From an uncultured Alphaproteobacteria bacterium (GTDB lineage Bacteria > Pseudomonadota > Alphaproteobacteria > Bin95), in NCBI GenBank assembly GCA_937891825.1, contig CALAHN010000047.1, forward strand, positions 6,055 to 70,054: a stretch of 64,000 bases of DNA. The letters run 5' to 3'. Shown one piece after another: positions 46,082-55,079 of the stretch. Position 1 is the first letter of the stretch. Every line of letters starts with the position of its first letter. The translations under genes were made by a program, and so were the position numbers. The notes beneath the pieces are model-generated. The model ran no database searches. It was given only the letters and a program-made list of their open reading frames with translations, and was not told the DNA's origin.

Positions 46082-48456
46082 TCCGCTGCCTCCTTGGTCT
46101 GACTGCTTGCGGCGGCGATGGCGTCCAGCACGCGCTCCGGCGTGATCGGGCTTTCCGTGATGCGGACGCCGAGCGGATGGAGCGCATCGTTGACGGCATT
46201 GGCGATGGCGGCCGGCGGCGCAATCGCCCCGCCCTCGCCCAGGCCCTTCTGGCCGAAGCGCGAATAGGGCGAGGGCGTCATCATGTGGATGATCCGCGCA
46301 TCCGGCACTTCGGCCGCGCCCGGCAGGTGATAGTCCGCGAGCGTCGAGGCCAGAGGCTGGCCGGACGCATCGAACCGCATCTCCTCATAAAGCGCCGTGC
46401 CGACGCCCTGGGCGAGGCCGCCGAGGATCTGGCCGTCGACGATGAGCGGGTTCAACAGCGTGCCGCCATCCTCGACGATCACATAATCCAGGATTTCGAC
46501 CGCGCCCAGGCCAGGGTCCACGGCGACGACGCAGGCGTGACAGGCGTAGGAAAACGTCCCGTGATCGTTCGGCGCCATCCGATAGCCCTGGGTCGCCTCA
46601 AGCCCGCCCGGATCGACGTCGCCCGGCAGGTCCTGCGGGCGCCGATACCAGGCATGGGCGATATCGGCGAGGGAAACCGACGCAGCGCCGCTTCGAACGC
46701 AGCCATCGACGACGGCCGCATCCTCGGCCGGGACCTGGAGCAGATGCGCGCCGATGGCGACGGCTCGTTCCGCCAAGGCCTCGCAGGCCGTCGCGACGGC
46801 GCCGCCGACCATGACGCCGCAACGCGACCCCCAGGTGCCGGTGGAATAGGGCGTCATCGACGTGTCGCCATGGATCACCCTGACCTTCGGCACAGGGACG
46901 CCGAGCACTTCGTTCGCGACCTGCGCCAGCGAGGTTTCCATGCCCTGGCCATGGGAATGGGCGCCGACCCGAACTTCCAGGCCGCCATCCGGCGTCAGCC
47001 GCGCCGTCGCCTGCTCGAAGCCGGGCACGAACGGAATGCCCCAGCCGGAATACACGCTGGTCCCATGGGCCGCCTGCTCGCAGTAGATCGCGAACCCGAT
47101 GCCGATGCGGCGGCCGTCGGCTTCCGGCCGCGCCTGACGGAGGCGGACGCCGGCGAGATCGATCGCCGCTTCCGCCTGCCGGATCGCTTCGGGATAGTCG
47201 CCGCTGTCGAAATGCTTTTTGACGATATTGTCGAAGGGCATCTGCTCGGGCCGAACGAGGTTCCGGATGCGGAACTGGGACGGCTCCATGCCGATCTGAC
47301 GGGCCAGCGCGTCCATCGTCAATTCAAGCGCGAAGCAGACGCCGGTCCGGGCGACGCCCCGGTAGGGGAGAATGCCGGGCTTGTTGGTGCAGGCCGAGAA
47401 GGTATCGCACTTGAAGCCCGGAAAATCGTATGGCCCTGGCAGGATCGAGCCGACTTGCGCGCCCTCCAGGCAGGCGGAGAACGGATAGGCCGAATAGGCC
47501 CCGGCATCGACAATCGCCGCGCATTCGATCGCCAGAAGATCGCCCTCGGCGCTGGCATAGCCCGAGATATCGTAATGGTGCTCGCGGCAATTGGCGTTCG
47601 CCGTCAATTGCTCGCGCCGGTCCTCGATCCAGCGGACGGGACGGCCGAGATGCATGGCGAGCCAGCCGAGCGTCACGTCCTCCTGGGTCAGAATGCCCTT
47701 GTAACCGAACCCGCCGCCGACATCCGGGGAGATCAGCCGGACCTGGCCTTCCTCCAGGCCAAGGCAGCCAGCGAGGCCGGACCGCATGACGTGGGGCATC
47801 TGCTGGCCGGTCGTGAAGGTCAGCATGCCAAGCCGCTCGTCCCATTCCGCGACCGTGCCGCGGCCTTCGATCGGCGCCATCGATTGCCGGGCGGTCCGGA
47901 CCTGCAATGTCGCCGAAACCGCGGCGGCGGCCTTGAGCGGAGCCAACGGCTCGCCGCCGACCGCCGTGCTTTCCAGAAAGACGTTCTCGGCCCAATGCTC
48001 GTGGATCAGGGGCGCGGCGGCGTCGCGCGCCCGGCGCATGTCGACGACGGCCGGAAGCTCCTCGATCTCCAGGCGGACGGCCTCCGCCAGATCCTCGGCT
48101 TCGGCGCGGCTGGCCGCGACGCAAGCGGCGATCGGCTCCCCAACATGGCGGACTTTCCCGGTCGCCAACGGCCATTGGTCGGAGCCGCGAAAGCCGGGCA
48201 GGGTCGAGTCCGCCCGGATGGGACGGACGCCAGCCAGATCCGCCGCCGTGAAAACCAGGTCCGCCGCATGGTCGGGCTTGCCGACCGCGACGATGCGGCC
48301 ATGGGCGACGGGGCTGCGCAGGAAGGCGACGTCCAGCATATCGGCGCGGCGCACATCGCCGACAAACTGGCCGCGGCCGCGCAGCAGGCGGTCGTCTTCC
48401 TTCCTGAGGACCCGGGCGCCGACGCCGCCGGTCGTCTTCAAATCTTGCTCAGCCAT
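46078..48456 (-). CDS. Molybdopterin-binding large subunit (CoxL/XdhB-like) of the Mo-hydroxylase
   Basis: 792 aa. GARVLRKEDDRLLRGRGQFVGD...AFLRSPVAHGRI. GGGFG motif. C-terminal GLGEGGAIAPPAAIANAV. Confidence 0.9.
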   Translation of the reverse strand: MAEQDLKTTGGVGARVLRKEDDRLLRGRGQFVGDVRRADMLDVAFLRSPVAHGRIVAVGKPDHAADLVFTAADLAGVRPIRADSTLPGFRGSDQWPLATGKVRHVGEPIAACVAASRAEAEDLAEAVRLEIEELPAVVDMRRARDAAAPLIHEHWAENVFLESTAVGGEPLAPLKAAAAVSATLQVRTARQSMAPIEGRGTVAEWDERLGMLTFTTGQQMPHVMRSGLAGCLGLEEGQVRLISPDVGGGFGYKGILTQEDVTLGWLAMHLGRPVRWIEDRREQLTANANCREHHYDISGYASAEGDLLAIECAAIVDAGAYSAYPFSACLEGAQVGSILPGPYDFPGFKCDTFSACTNKPGILPYRGVARTGVCFALELTMDALARQIGMEPSQFRIRNLVRPEQMPFDNIVKKHFDSGDYPEAIRQAEAAIDLAGVRLRQARPEADGRRIGIGFAIYCEQAAHGTSVYSGWGIPFVPGFEQATARLTPDGGLEVRVGAHSHGQGMETSLAQVANEVLGVPVPKVRVIHGDTSMTPYSTGTWGSRCGVMVGGAVATACEALAERAVAIGAHLLQVPAEDAAVVDGCVRSGAASVSLADIAHAWYRRPQDLPGDVDPGGLEATQGYRMAPNDHGTFSYACHACVVAVDPGLGAVEILDYVIVEDGGTLLNPLIVDGQILGGLAQGVGTALYEEMRFDASGQPLASTLADYHLPGAAEVPDARIIHMMTPSPYSRFGQKGLGEGGAIAPPAAIANAVNDALHPLGVRITESPITPERVLDAIAAASSQTKEAAE

Positions 48457-48590
48457 CCATCATCTCCCTGAAGCCAGTTCAGCAAACGACGTGCCAGCGA
48501 GAAACCCACGACCGCGCGCCCGTTCCGCCCGCCCATGCCCGGCGCGGGCGCCTGAAACGCAGGCGGGCGCGCCCAAGGAATAAGCAGTCG

Positions 48591-49328
48591 TCAGTATGCT
48601 TGCGATTCCTCCGGGACCCAACCGTCCGCTGTCAGATTGAGCAGCGGCGACTGGAAGACATACCGCACCTTGGGCGGCAGATCGGGCCGCGTCGCGCCCA
48701 GGGCCTGGCGCCAGACATCGGACTGGCTCATGGCGAAGGCGAGGCCGACGATCTCTGCGCCGGCGCGCTCCAGCAATGCGGCGGCCGCGAGGATCGTCGT
48801 GCCCGAACTGATGGTGTCGTCGACCAGGATCGCCCGCCGGCCCTCGACCCGGGAGCGGAGATTGGGATCGAGGTACAGCCGGCGCGCGCTGTCGGGCGTC
48901 GTGATCGAGGTGACGGGCGCCGAGAGCTCGTCCCGATACCAGAACTTCCGGGATGTCCCGAGCGGCGCATAATGGCGGTGGCCCAACGCCTTCGCGACGC
49001 CGGGGCCAAGCGCCAGGCCCAGGGTCGGCAGCGCCACGATCACATCAGGCTCGAGCGGCCGCGCCATGGCGGTGATTTCCTGCTGCAACAGGTCGATCAC
49101 CTCGAACGAGCCGTGGTTCGGAATGAAGGACGCGACGGCGCGCCCGGGCGCGCCTGGGCGCTCGCGGATCGGCAGGCGGAGCGTCCGCCCGTCCGGCAAT
49201 CGGGCTGGATAGCCATAGCGATAGGGCGGTTGCTCGGGCGTCGGCGGCGCGGGCTCGATCTCCTGCCAGTAGCCCGCCGTCGTTTCGACAAAATTCGCGG
49301 CGCTGGCGGGCCGGTCCGTTCCTGACAT
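48591..49328 (-). CDS. Type I phosphoribosyltransferase-domain protein
   Basis: PRPP-binding motif RAILVDDTISSGTT. 245 aa. Confidence 0.7.
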   Translation of the reverse strand: MSGTDRPASAANFVETTAGYWQEIEPAPPTPEQPPYRYGYPARLPDGRTLRLPIRERPGAPGRAVASFIPNHGSFEVIDLLQQEITAMARPLEPDVIVALPTLGLALGPGVAKALGHRHYAPLGTSRKFWYRDELSAPVTSITTPDSARRLYLDPNLRSRVEGRRAILVDDTISSGTTILAAAALLERAGAEIVGLAFAMSQSDVWRQALGATRPDLPPKVRYVFQSPLLNLTADGWVPEESQAY

Positions 49329-49430
49329 CTGGGCTCCTGCTCCTAATTTTGCGGCATGACTGCGCTAAAAATGGGCGTCCGCGGCAGCGCTTCGCCTGCC
49401 CGAAGCCCGGTTTTCCGCCGTTCCCCCGGT

Positions 49431-49446
49431 TGGCATGTCCCTTGCT
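49431..49446 (+). promoter_or_regulatory. Putative sigma-54 promoter (TGGCAT-GTCCC-TTGCT)
   Basis: GG/GC spacing as in the consensus TGGCAC-N5-TTGCW, about 95 nt upstream of the first binding-protein ATG. Confidence 0.55.
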
Positions 49447-49539
49447 CTCAATCGTCGTGAGGACCAATCGCAAGCATGCTGACGATCAACCGGTCGCCAG
49501 CGCCGCCCGAAAAACCGGAATACGTGGGAGACCGAAGCG

Positions 49540-50754
49540 ATGCAAGCAGTTCCAATCGGATTGAAGCGGATCGCCATGAGCCTTGGCGCCGCCCTTCTGG
49601 CGATCGGCATGGGCGCTGAAAGCCATGCGGAGACTGTCAGGATCGGCGCGCCGCTGGCGCTGAGCGGCGCCCTCGCCTCTTCCGGCACGAAACAGGCGCT
49701 GGCGTATGAAGTCTGGCTGGAGAAGGTCAAGGCGGCCGGCGGCATCAAGGTCGGCGACAAGATGTATGACGTCGAGCTGATCACCTACGACTACCAGACG
49801 GACGGCAAGAAAGCGGCGCAACTGGCCGAAAAGCTGATTGTCGACGACAAGGTCGATTTCCTGACGGCGCCCTTCGGGTCCGGCCATACCAAGATCACGG
49901 CCGGCGTCGCCGAGCGCTACAATGTTCCGATCATCGCGGTCGCGTCGTCGGAGCCTGTCCACGATCAGGGCTACACGAACCTGTTCGGGACCCTCGCCCC
50001 AAGCGGCGGGCTGATCGACGTGATGATCGCGGAATTCCAGAAGGCCATTCCAGGCGTCAAGCGCGTCGCGGTGCTCGGCCGCGAGGACGTCTTCCCGAAC
50101 CTGATGGCCAAGCTGATGGCCGACAAGGCGCCGGCGGCCGGGCTTGAGGTCGTCTATGCCGGGACCTACCCCATCGACGCCATCGACCATTCCTCCAGCC
50201 TGGCGGCGATCAAGGCAGGCGCGCCGGACTGGATCTACGTCACGGGCTATTCCCAGGACCTGATCCTGGTGCGCAAGCAGATGGCGGATATCGGGCTTGA
50301 AGCGCCCATCGTCACGATGATTACCGGCCCGGTCTACCGGGAGTTCATCGACGCCCTGGGGCCGCTGGCGGAAGGCGTCACCTCGGCGACCTGGTGGCAT
50401 TGGGGCACCGATTACCAAAGCACGGACGTGTTCGGCTCCACCAAGGCTTTCTATGACGCGATCGTCGCCAAGACCGGCGGGGCCGAGCCGGACTATGTGC
50501 ATGCATCGTCGGCCGCCGCCCTCGTCGCTCTGCAGATGGCGATCGAGTCCGCCGGCTCCATCGACCGGGACAAGGTCCGGGCGGCCCTGCGATCCATGGA
50601 CGCGGTCACCTTCTATGGCCCGATCAAGTTCAGGTCGGACGGCATGAATTCCGCCCGCGCATATCCCCTGATCCAGATTCAGGGCGGCGCCCCGGTCATC
50701 GTCTTCCCGGAGGCCGTGAAACAGGCCGATATCAAAGCCTTCGCCGGCAAGTAG
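49540..50754 (+). CDS. ABC transporter substrate-binding protein, LIV/Peripla_BP_6 type (copy 1)
   Basis: Signal peptide ...LLAIGMGAESHA, then RIGAPLALSGALASSG...FLTAPFGSGHT... Confidence 0.9.
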   Translation: MQAVPIGLKRIAMSLGAALLAIGMGAESHAETVRIGAPLALSGALASSGTKQALAYEVWLEKVKAAGGIKVGDKMYDVELITYDYQTDGKKAAQLAEKLIVDDKVDFLTAPFGSGHTKITAGVAERYNVPIIAVASSEPVHDQGYTNLFGTLAPSGGLIDVMIAEFQKAIPGVKRVAVLGREDVFPNLMAKLMADKAPAAGLEVVYAGTYPIDAIDHSSSLAAIKAGAPDWIYVTGYSQDLILVRKQMADIGLEAPIVTMITGPVYREFIDALGPLAEGVTSATWWHWGTDYQSTDVFGSTKAFYDAIVAKTGGAEPDYVHASSAAALVALQMAIESAGSIDRDKVRAALRSMDAVTFYGPIKFRSDGMNSARAYPLIQIQGGAPVIVFPEAVKQADIKAFAGK

Positions 50755-50783
50755 ATCCATCGTCAAGCAATGGGAGAAGCACG

Positions 50784-51611
50784 ATGGCAGGTTCATTGAC
50801 CGCGGCCGAAGTCGCCCGGTTCCAAAGCGAGGGGCATCTCTCGCCCTACCGGGCCATGTCCGCCGAAGCTGCGGCCGGATGCGCCGCCAAGATCGCCGAA
50901 TACGAGACGATCCTGGGCGAGGACCCGCAACGCTATTTTAAGATCAAGGCGCATATCGCGGCGCCGTGGATGATCGAGCTCGCGAAGAACAAGGCGATCC
51001 TCGATGCGGTCGAATCCCTGATCGGACCCGACATCCTGTTGTTCGGCTCCTCGCTCTTCGCCAAGCGCGCCAACGACACGCGCTTCGTGTCCTGGCACCA
51101 GGACAGCGCCTATTACGGCCTCGACCCCCATGACGAAGTGACGGTCTGGGTCGCGTTCACGCCGAGCACCAAACAGAACGGCTGCCTTCGGGTTCTGCCC
51201 GGCTCCCATATCGGTCCGGACCGGACCCATGAGGAAACCTACGATCCCCAGAACCTTCTGGCGCGCGGGCAAAGCATCCAGGGCGTCGAGGACGACCGGG
51301 CGGTTTATATGGAGCTGGAGGCCGGGGAGTTCTCCATCCATCACGAGCGCACGGTGCATGGATCGCTCGCCAACATGAGCGGCGAGCCGCGCATCGGCCT
51401 CGCCTTCTTCTACATGCCGGCCGCGACCCGCTCGACCATCGGCCGCCGCTCCGCTCTGCCGGTTCGCGGCGAAGACCGGCATGGGCACTGGGATATGGAC
51501 CCGCTGCCGAAGCGCGATCTCGATCCGGATACGATCGCCGTGTTGAAGGCCGTGTGGGCGCAGTACCAGGACCGGTCCGTCAGCCAGGCCGCCGCGGTCG
51601 CGCCGCACTGA
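50784..51611 (+). CDS. Phytanoyl-CoA dioxygenase (PhyH) family Fe(II)/2OG oxygenase
   Basis: SWHQDSAYYGL (HxD)...LPGSH...HHERTVHGS. GGGAGA RBS. Confidence 0.85.
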   Translation: MAGSLTAAEVARFQSEGHLSPYRAMSAEAAAGCAAKIAEYETILGEDPQRYFKIKAHIAAPWMIELAKNKAILDAVESLIGPDILLFGSSLFAKRANDTRFVSWHQDSAYYGLDPHDEVTVWVAFTPSTKQNGCLRVLPGSHIGPDRTHEETYDPQNLLARGQSIQGVEDDRAVYMELEAGEFSIHHERTVHGSLANMSGEPRIGLAFFYMPAATRSTIGRRSALPVRGEDRHGHWDMDPLPKRDLDPDTIAVLKAVWAQYQDRSVSQAAAVAPH

Positions 51612-51732
51612 CGCAGCGCCAAACGCCAGGCGCCCAATCCGCGGGCTAATTATCGGCGCGGCGACGCAAATAGCGGCAGTTTGCGGCGTTAATCGGCGCC
51701 CCGAAACGGCGCTTCCGCAACGGAACCGGAGT

Positions 51733-51748
51733 TGGCACGAGCTTTGCA
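51733..51748 (+). promoter_or_regulatory. Putative sigma-54 promoter (TGGCAC-GAGCT-TTGCA, perfect consensus)
   Basis: Exact match to TGGCAC-N5-TTGCA, about 85 nt upstream of the second binding-protein ATG. Confidence 0.7.
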
Positions 51749-51830
51749 ATCATCAGCATGCTGACGATTGCGGCGCTCAGACCGCATTGCGCATCGAGAG
51801 AGGCTTGAACCGGACATGAGGAGTTGGGAG

Positions 51831-53039
51831 ATGCAATTGAGGCTCAGGAAGCACTGGAGCCGGCTGGCTTGCGCCGCCGCGGTCGTGGGGGCCATGGGCG
51901 CCGGGGCGCCGCAAGCCCTTGCCGACGTTATCAAAATCGGGGCGCCGCTCGCGCTGACCGGCGGTCTGGCGGACGAGGGCAAGAAGCAGAAGATCGCCTA
52001 TGACATGTGGTTGGAACGGGTGAACGCCGCCGGCGGCATCAAGGTCGGCGACACGATGATGCCGGTCGAACTTGTGGTCTACGACTATCAGACCGACGGC
52101 AAGCGCGCCGGCCAGTTGACGGAGAAACTGATCACCTCCGACAAGGTGAATTTCATCACCGCGCCCTTCGGCTCCGGCCATACCAAGATCGCCGCCGGCG
52201 TCGCCGAACGCTACGGCGTGCCGATCATGGCGTCCGTCGCGTCTTCGGAATCGGTCTACGACCAGGGGTTCCAGAACCTGTTCGGCACCCTCGCGCCGAA
52301 TACCGGCCTGACGGACAATATGTTGAAGCTTTTCAAGGCGAAGATGCCCGACACGAAGACCGTGGCGGTCCTCGGCCGGGAAGACGTGTTCCCGAACGCC
52401 ATGGCGAAGGCCCTGGTCGAAGGCGCGCCGAACTTCGGCTACAGCGTCGTCTACGACCAGCGCTATTCCGTCGGCACGCTCGACCATTCCGCGACCTTGA
52501 GCGCGATCAAGGCCGCCAACGCCGACTGGATTTATGTGACCGGCTATACGCAGGACCTGATCCTGCTCCGGAAGCAGATGGCGGACCTTGGGCTGACGGC
52601 CAAGATCGTCACGATGATCACCGGCCCCGCCTACAAGGAATTCGTCGACGCCTTGGGCCCGCTCGCGGACGGCGTCAACTCGGCGAGCTGGTGGCATCAT
52701 GCGACGACCTATCAATCGTCCGATGTTTTTGGCTCGACCAAGGCCTTCTACGACGCCTTCGTCGCCAGGGAAGGCTCCGACCCGGACTACGTCCATGCGT
52801 CGTCCGCGGCCGCCCTCGTCGCGCTGCAGGCGGCCATCGAGAACGCCGGATCGATCGACCCGGACAAGGTCCGCGCCGCCCTCCGCGACGTGTCGATCAC
52901 GACATTCTACGGACCGATCGACTTCGGCGCGAACGGCATGAACGGCGGCCGCGACCTGCCGATCATCCAGGTGCAAGACGGCACGGTCGTCGTGCTGTTC
53001 CCGGAAGCGATCAAGCAGGCGGAGCTGAAAGCCTTCTGA
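51831..53039 (+). CDS. ABC transporter substrate-binding protein, LIV type (copy 2, paralog of copy 1)
   Basis: Signal peptide ...AAAVVGAMGAGAPQALA. Roughly two-thirds identical to copy 1 by eye over the full length. ATG 51831 (alternative 51816). Confidence 0.9.
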   Translation: MQLRLRKHWSRLACAAAVVGAMGAGAPQALADVIKIGAPLALTGGLADEGKKQKIAYDMWLERVNAAGGIKVGDTMMPVELVVYDYQTDGKRAGQLTEKLITSDKVNFITAPFGSGHTKIAAGVAERYGVPIMASVASSESVYDQGFQNLFGTLAPNTGLTDNMLKLFKAKMPDTKTVAVLGREDVFPNAMAKALVEGAPNFGYSVVYDQRYSVGTLDHSATLSAIKAANADWIYVTGYTQDLILLRKQMADLGLTAKIVTMITGPAYKEFVDALGPLADGVNSASWWHHATTYQSSDVFGSTKAFYDAFVAREGSDPDYVHASSAAALVALQAAIENAGSIDPDKVRAALRDVSITTFYGPIDFGANGMNGGRDLPIIQVQDGTVVVLFPEAIKQAELKAF

Positions 53040-53051
53040 TCCCTGCGGCAA

Positions 53052-53088
53052 GGCGCGTTCTCCGGGCGGCCAGTCCGGGGAGCGCGCC
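53052..53088 (+). other. Intercistronic 14-bp GC-rich stem-loop after binding-protein gene 2
   Basis: GGCGCGTTCTCCGG-(9 nt)-CCGGGGAGCGCGCC, with two G-U pairs and no U-tract. Confidence 0.4.
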
Positions 53089-53235
53089 TCGCCGCGTTAT
53101 CCGCTTCGCAGCAGACCCGGAGAGAACCCCACCATGGCGCCAGCGCCGTCACGCCCTTCCGACAGGCCCGCGAAGACCGCCGGTATGCGGTCCTCCGCCC
53201 GCCGCGCCATGCCAGCCGCCGGAGCGAACTGACCC

Positions 53236-54093
53236 ATGGACGTTCAAACGCTTCTGAACGGCCTCGTGCTCGGCGGCTTGTATGCCTGCATCGCCGTCGG
53301 GTTCTCCCTGGTGTGGGGCGTCCTGAACATTATCAACATGCTGCATGGGTCCTTCATCATCCTGGGGGCCTATCTGGCGTTCTTCGCCCATGCCGCATTC
53401 GGCGCGCATCCCTTCCTCAGTCTGCCCTTCATCGCGGCGGCGCTGTTCGGCCTCGGCTATGTCATCCAGCGCGGCGTCATCAACCGGGTGGTGTCCAGTC
53501 CGGTGCTGATCACGCTGGTGCTGACCTTCGGCCTCGACATGATCCTCTATAACGCCATGGTGCTGGGCTTCTCCGCGACCCCGCGGCGCCTCGCGCTCGA
53601 CATGGGGCGGATCGATATCCTCGGCGCGACGCTGCCGCTCGACCGGATCGCCGCCATGGCGCTCGCGGTCGCGCTGACGGCGATGCTCTTTCAGGTGCTG
53701 CGCGGCTCCCGAATCGGGCGCGCGATCGTCGCTGTCCGGATGGACCGGGACGCGGCGGCTCTGATGGGCGTGCGCGTGCCCCAGATCTACGCCATCACCT
53801 TCGGCATCGGCGCCTGCATGGCCGGGGCTGCGGGCAGCTTGATGTCGGTCGTCTTTCCGTTTTCGCCGGCGATGACCGGGCTGTTTCTGGGGAAGGCCTT
53901 CATCGTCTGCGTCATCGGCGGGCTCGGCAGCGTGCCCGGCGCCCTGGTCGGCGGCCTGGCGCTTGGCCTGATCGAAAGCATGGCCGGCGCCCTGATCGGC
54001 CCGCAGGAAGCCGTACTCGCCGGTTTCGTCGTGATGCTGGCGCTGCTGATCTTCAAACCAACCGGCCTTCTGGGCAAAGCAGGTTACGAATGA
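53236..54093 (+). CDS. Branched-chain amino acid-type ABC permease (LivH-like)
   Basis: 285 aa, multi-TM, MDVQTLLNGLVLGGLYACIAVGFSLVWG. Confidence 0.9.
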   Translation: MDVQTLLNGLVLGGLYACIAVGFSLVWGVLNIINMLHGSFIILGAYLAFFAHAAFGAHPFLSLPFIAAALFGLGYVIQRGVINRVVSSPVLITLVLTFGLDMILYNAMVLGFSATPRRLALDMGRIDILGATLPLDRIAAMALAVALTAMLFQVLRGSRIGRAIVAVRMDRDAAALMGVRVPQIYAITFGIGACMAGAAGSLMSVVFPFSPAMTGLFLGKAFIVCVIGGLGSVPGALVGGLALGLIESMAGALIGPQEAVLAGFVVMLALLIFKPTGLLGKAGYE

Positions 54094-55079
54094 GCGCGTT
54101 CATCGGCGGCAAGAACCTTGGCCTGACGATCGTCCTCGGCGTCGTCGCGGTCCTGATCGCCCTGCCCTTCATCGGCGACAATTACCTTGTGCGTCTCGCG
54201 ACGTTCCTGTGCCTGTTCTCGGCGCTGGCGCTAGGCTGGAACTTCATCGGCGGCTATGCCGGATACCCTTCCTTCGCGACCGCCGCGTTCTACGGCCTCG
54301 GCGCCTATGTCGGGGCGTTGCTGCAGAACGCCGGGACGCCGATGCCGCTCGCCTGGCTCGGCGCGGGCCTTGGGTGCGCGATCTTCGCAGCGGCGCTGGG
54401 GCCGACGCTGCTCCGGCTGAAGGGCCACTATTTCGCCGTCGGCTCCATCGCGATCGTCGAGATCATGCGCCTCCTGGCGTCGATCTTCGCGGACTTCACC
54501 GGCGGCGGCATGGGCCTGAACGTGCCGATCCTGCGCGGCGGGCCGGATTTCGCCGGCATGGTCTTCCTGTACGCGATGCTGGCCGTCGCGGCGGCCGCTT
54601 TCCTCACGACCCTCGCAGTCGATCGCGGCCGTTTGGGCTTCGGCTTGCGCTGCATTCAGCAGAACGAGGACGCTGCCAATATGTTGGGCGTCGACGTCAA
54701 CGCCTACAAGACGGCGGCGTTCGTGCTGTCGGCGATCTTCTGCGGCCTCGCCGGCGCCATCTATGCCTCCTGGGTCGCCTATATCGACCCGACGGACGTC
54801 TTCTCGATCCTGCTGACGTTGAAGGTGCCGGTGATGGTGCTGCTCGGCGGCGCCGGCGGCGCTTACGGGCCGCTGGTCGGCGTCGTCGCCTTCATGGCGA
54901 TGGAGGAGCTGATCTGGTCGAACTTCCTGGAGCTGCATCACGGGGTGCTGGGGGTCATCATCGTGATCCTGGTGTTCTTCCTGCCGGGCGGCCTGCTGAA
55001 GTTGCGCTGGCCGCAGATCCTCGGCCGCTTCAGAGCCGGCGGCGACGCCAAGTCCGAAGCGAAGGCGGCGGCGGAATGA
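54090..55079 (+). CDS. Branched-chain amino acid-type ABC permease (LivM-like)
   Basis: 329 aa, multi-TM, GWNFIGGYAGYPSFATAAFYGLGAY. ATGA overlap with the preceding gene. Confidence 0.9.
   Translation: MSAFIGGKNLGLTIVLGVVAVLIALPFIGDNYLVRLATFLCLFSALALGWNFIGGYAGYPSFATAAFYGLGAYVGALLQNAGTPMPLAWLGAGLGCAIFAAALGPTLLRLKGHYFAVGSIAIVEIMRLLASIFADFTGGGMGLNVPILRGGPDFAGMVFLYAMLAVAAAAFLTTLAVDRGRLGFGLRCIQQNEDAANMLGVDVNAYKTAAFVLSAIFCGLAGAIYASWVAYIDPTDVFSILLTLKVPVMVLLGGAGGAYGPLVGVVAFMAMEELIWSNFLELHHGVLGVIIVILVFFLPGGLLKLRWPQILGRFRAGGDAKSEAKAAAE

Noticed and set aside
46177-48471. 764-aa plus-strand ORF
   Set aside because: It is the exact antisense of the CoxL-like molybdopterin subunit, which has clear family motifs and operon overlaps. 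The plus-frame product is low-complexity and Arg/Gly/Asp-rich.
49476-51808. Leader peptides starting MLTI encoded by the shared 14-mer (ATG at 49476 and at 51758)
   Set aside because: Apart from the first four codons the two uORFs share neither length nor sequence (about 47 aa versus 16 aa), and neither has an obvious RBS. The conservation is more likely at the DNA or RNA level.
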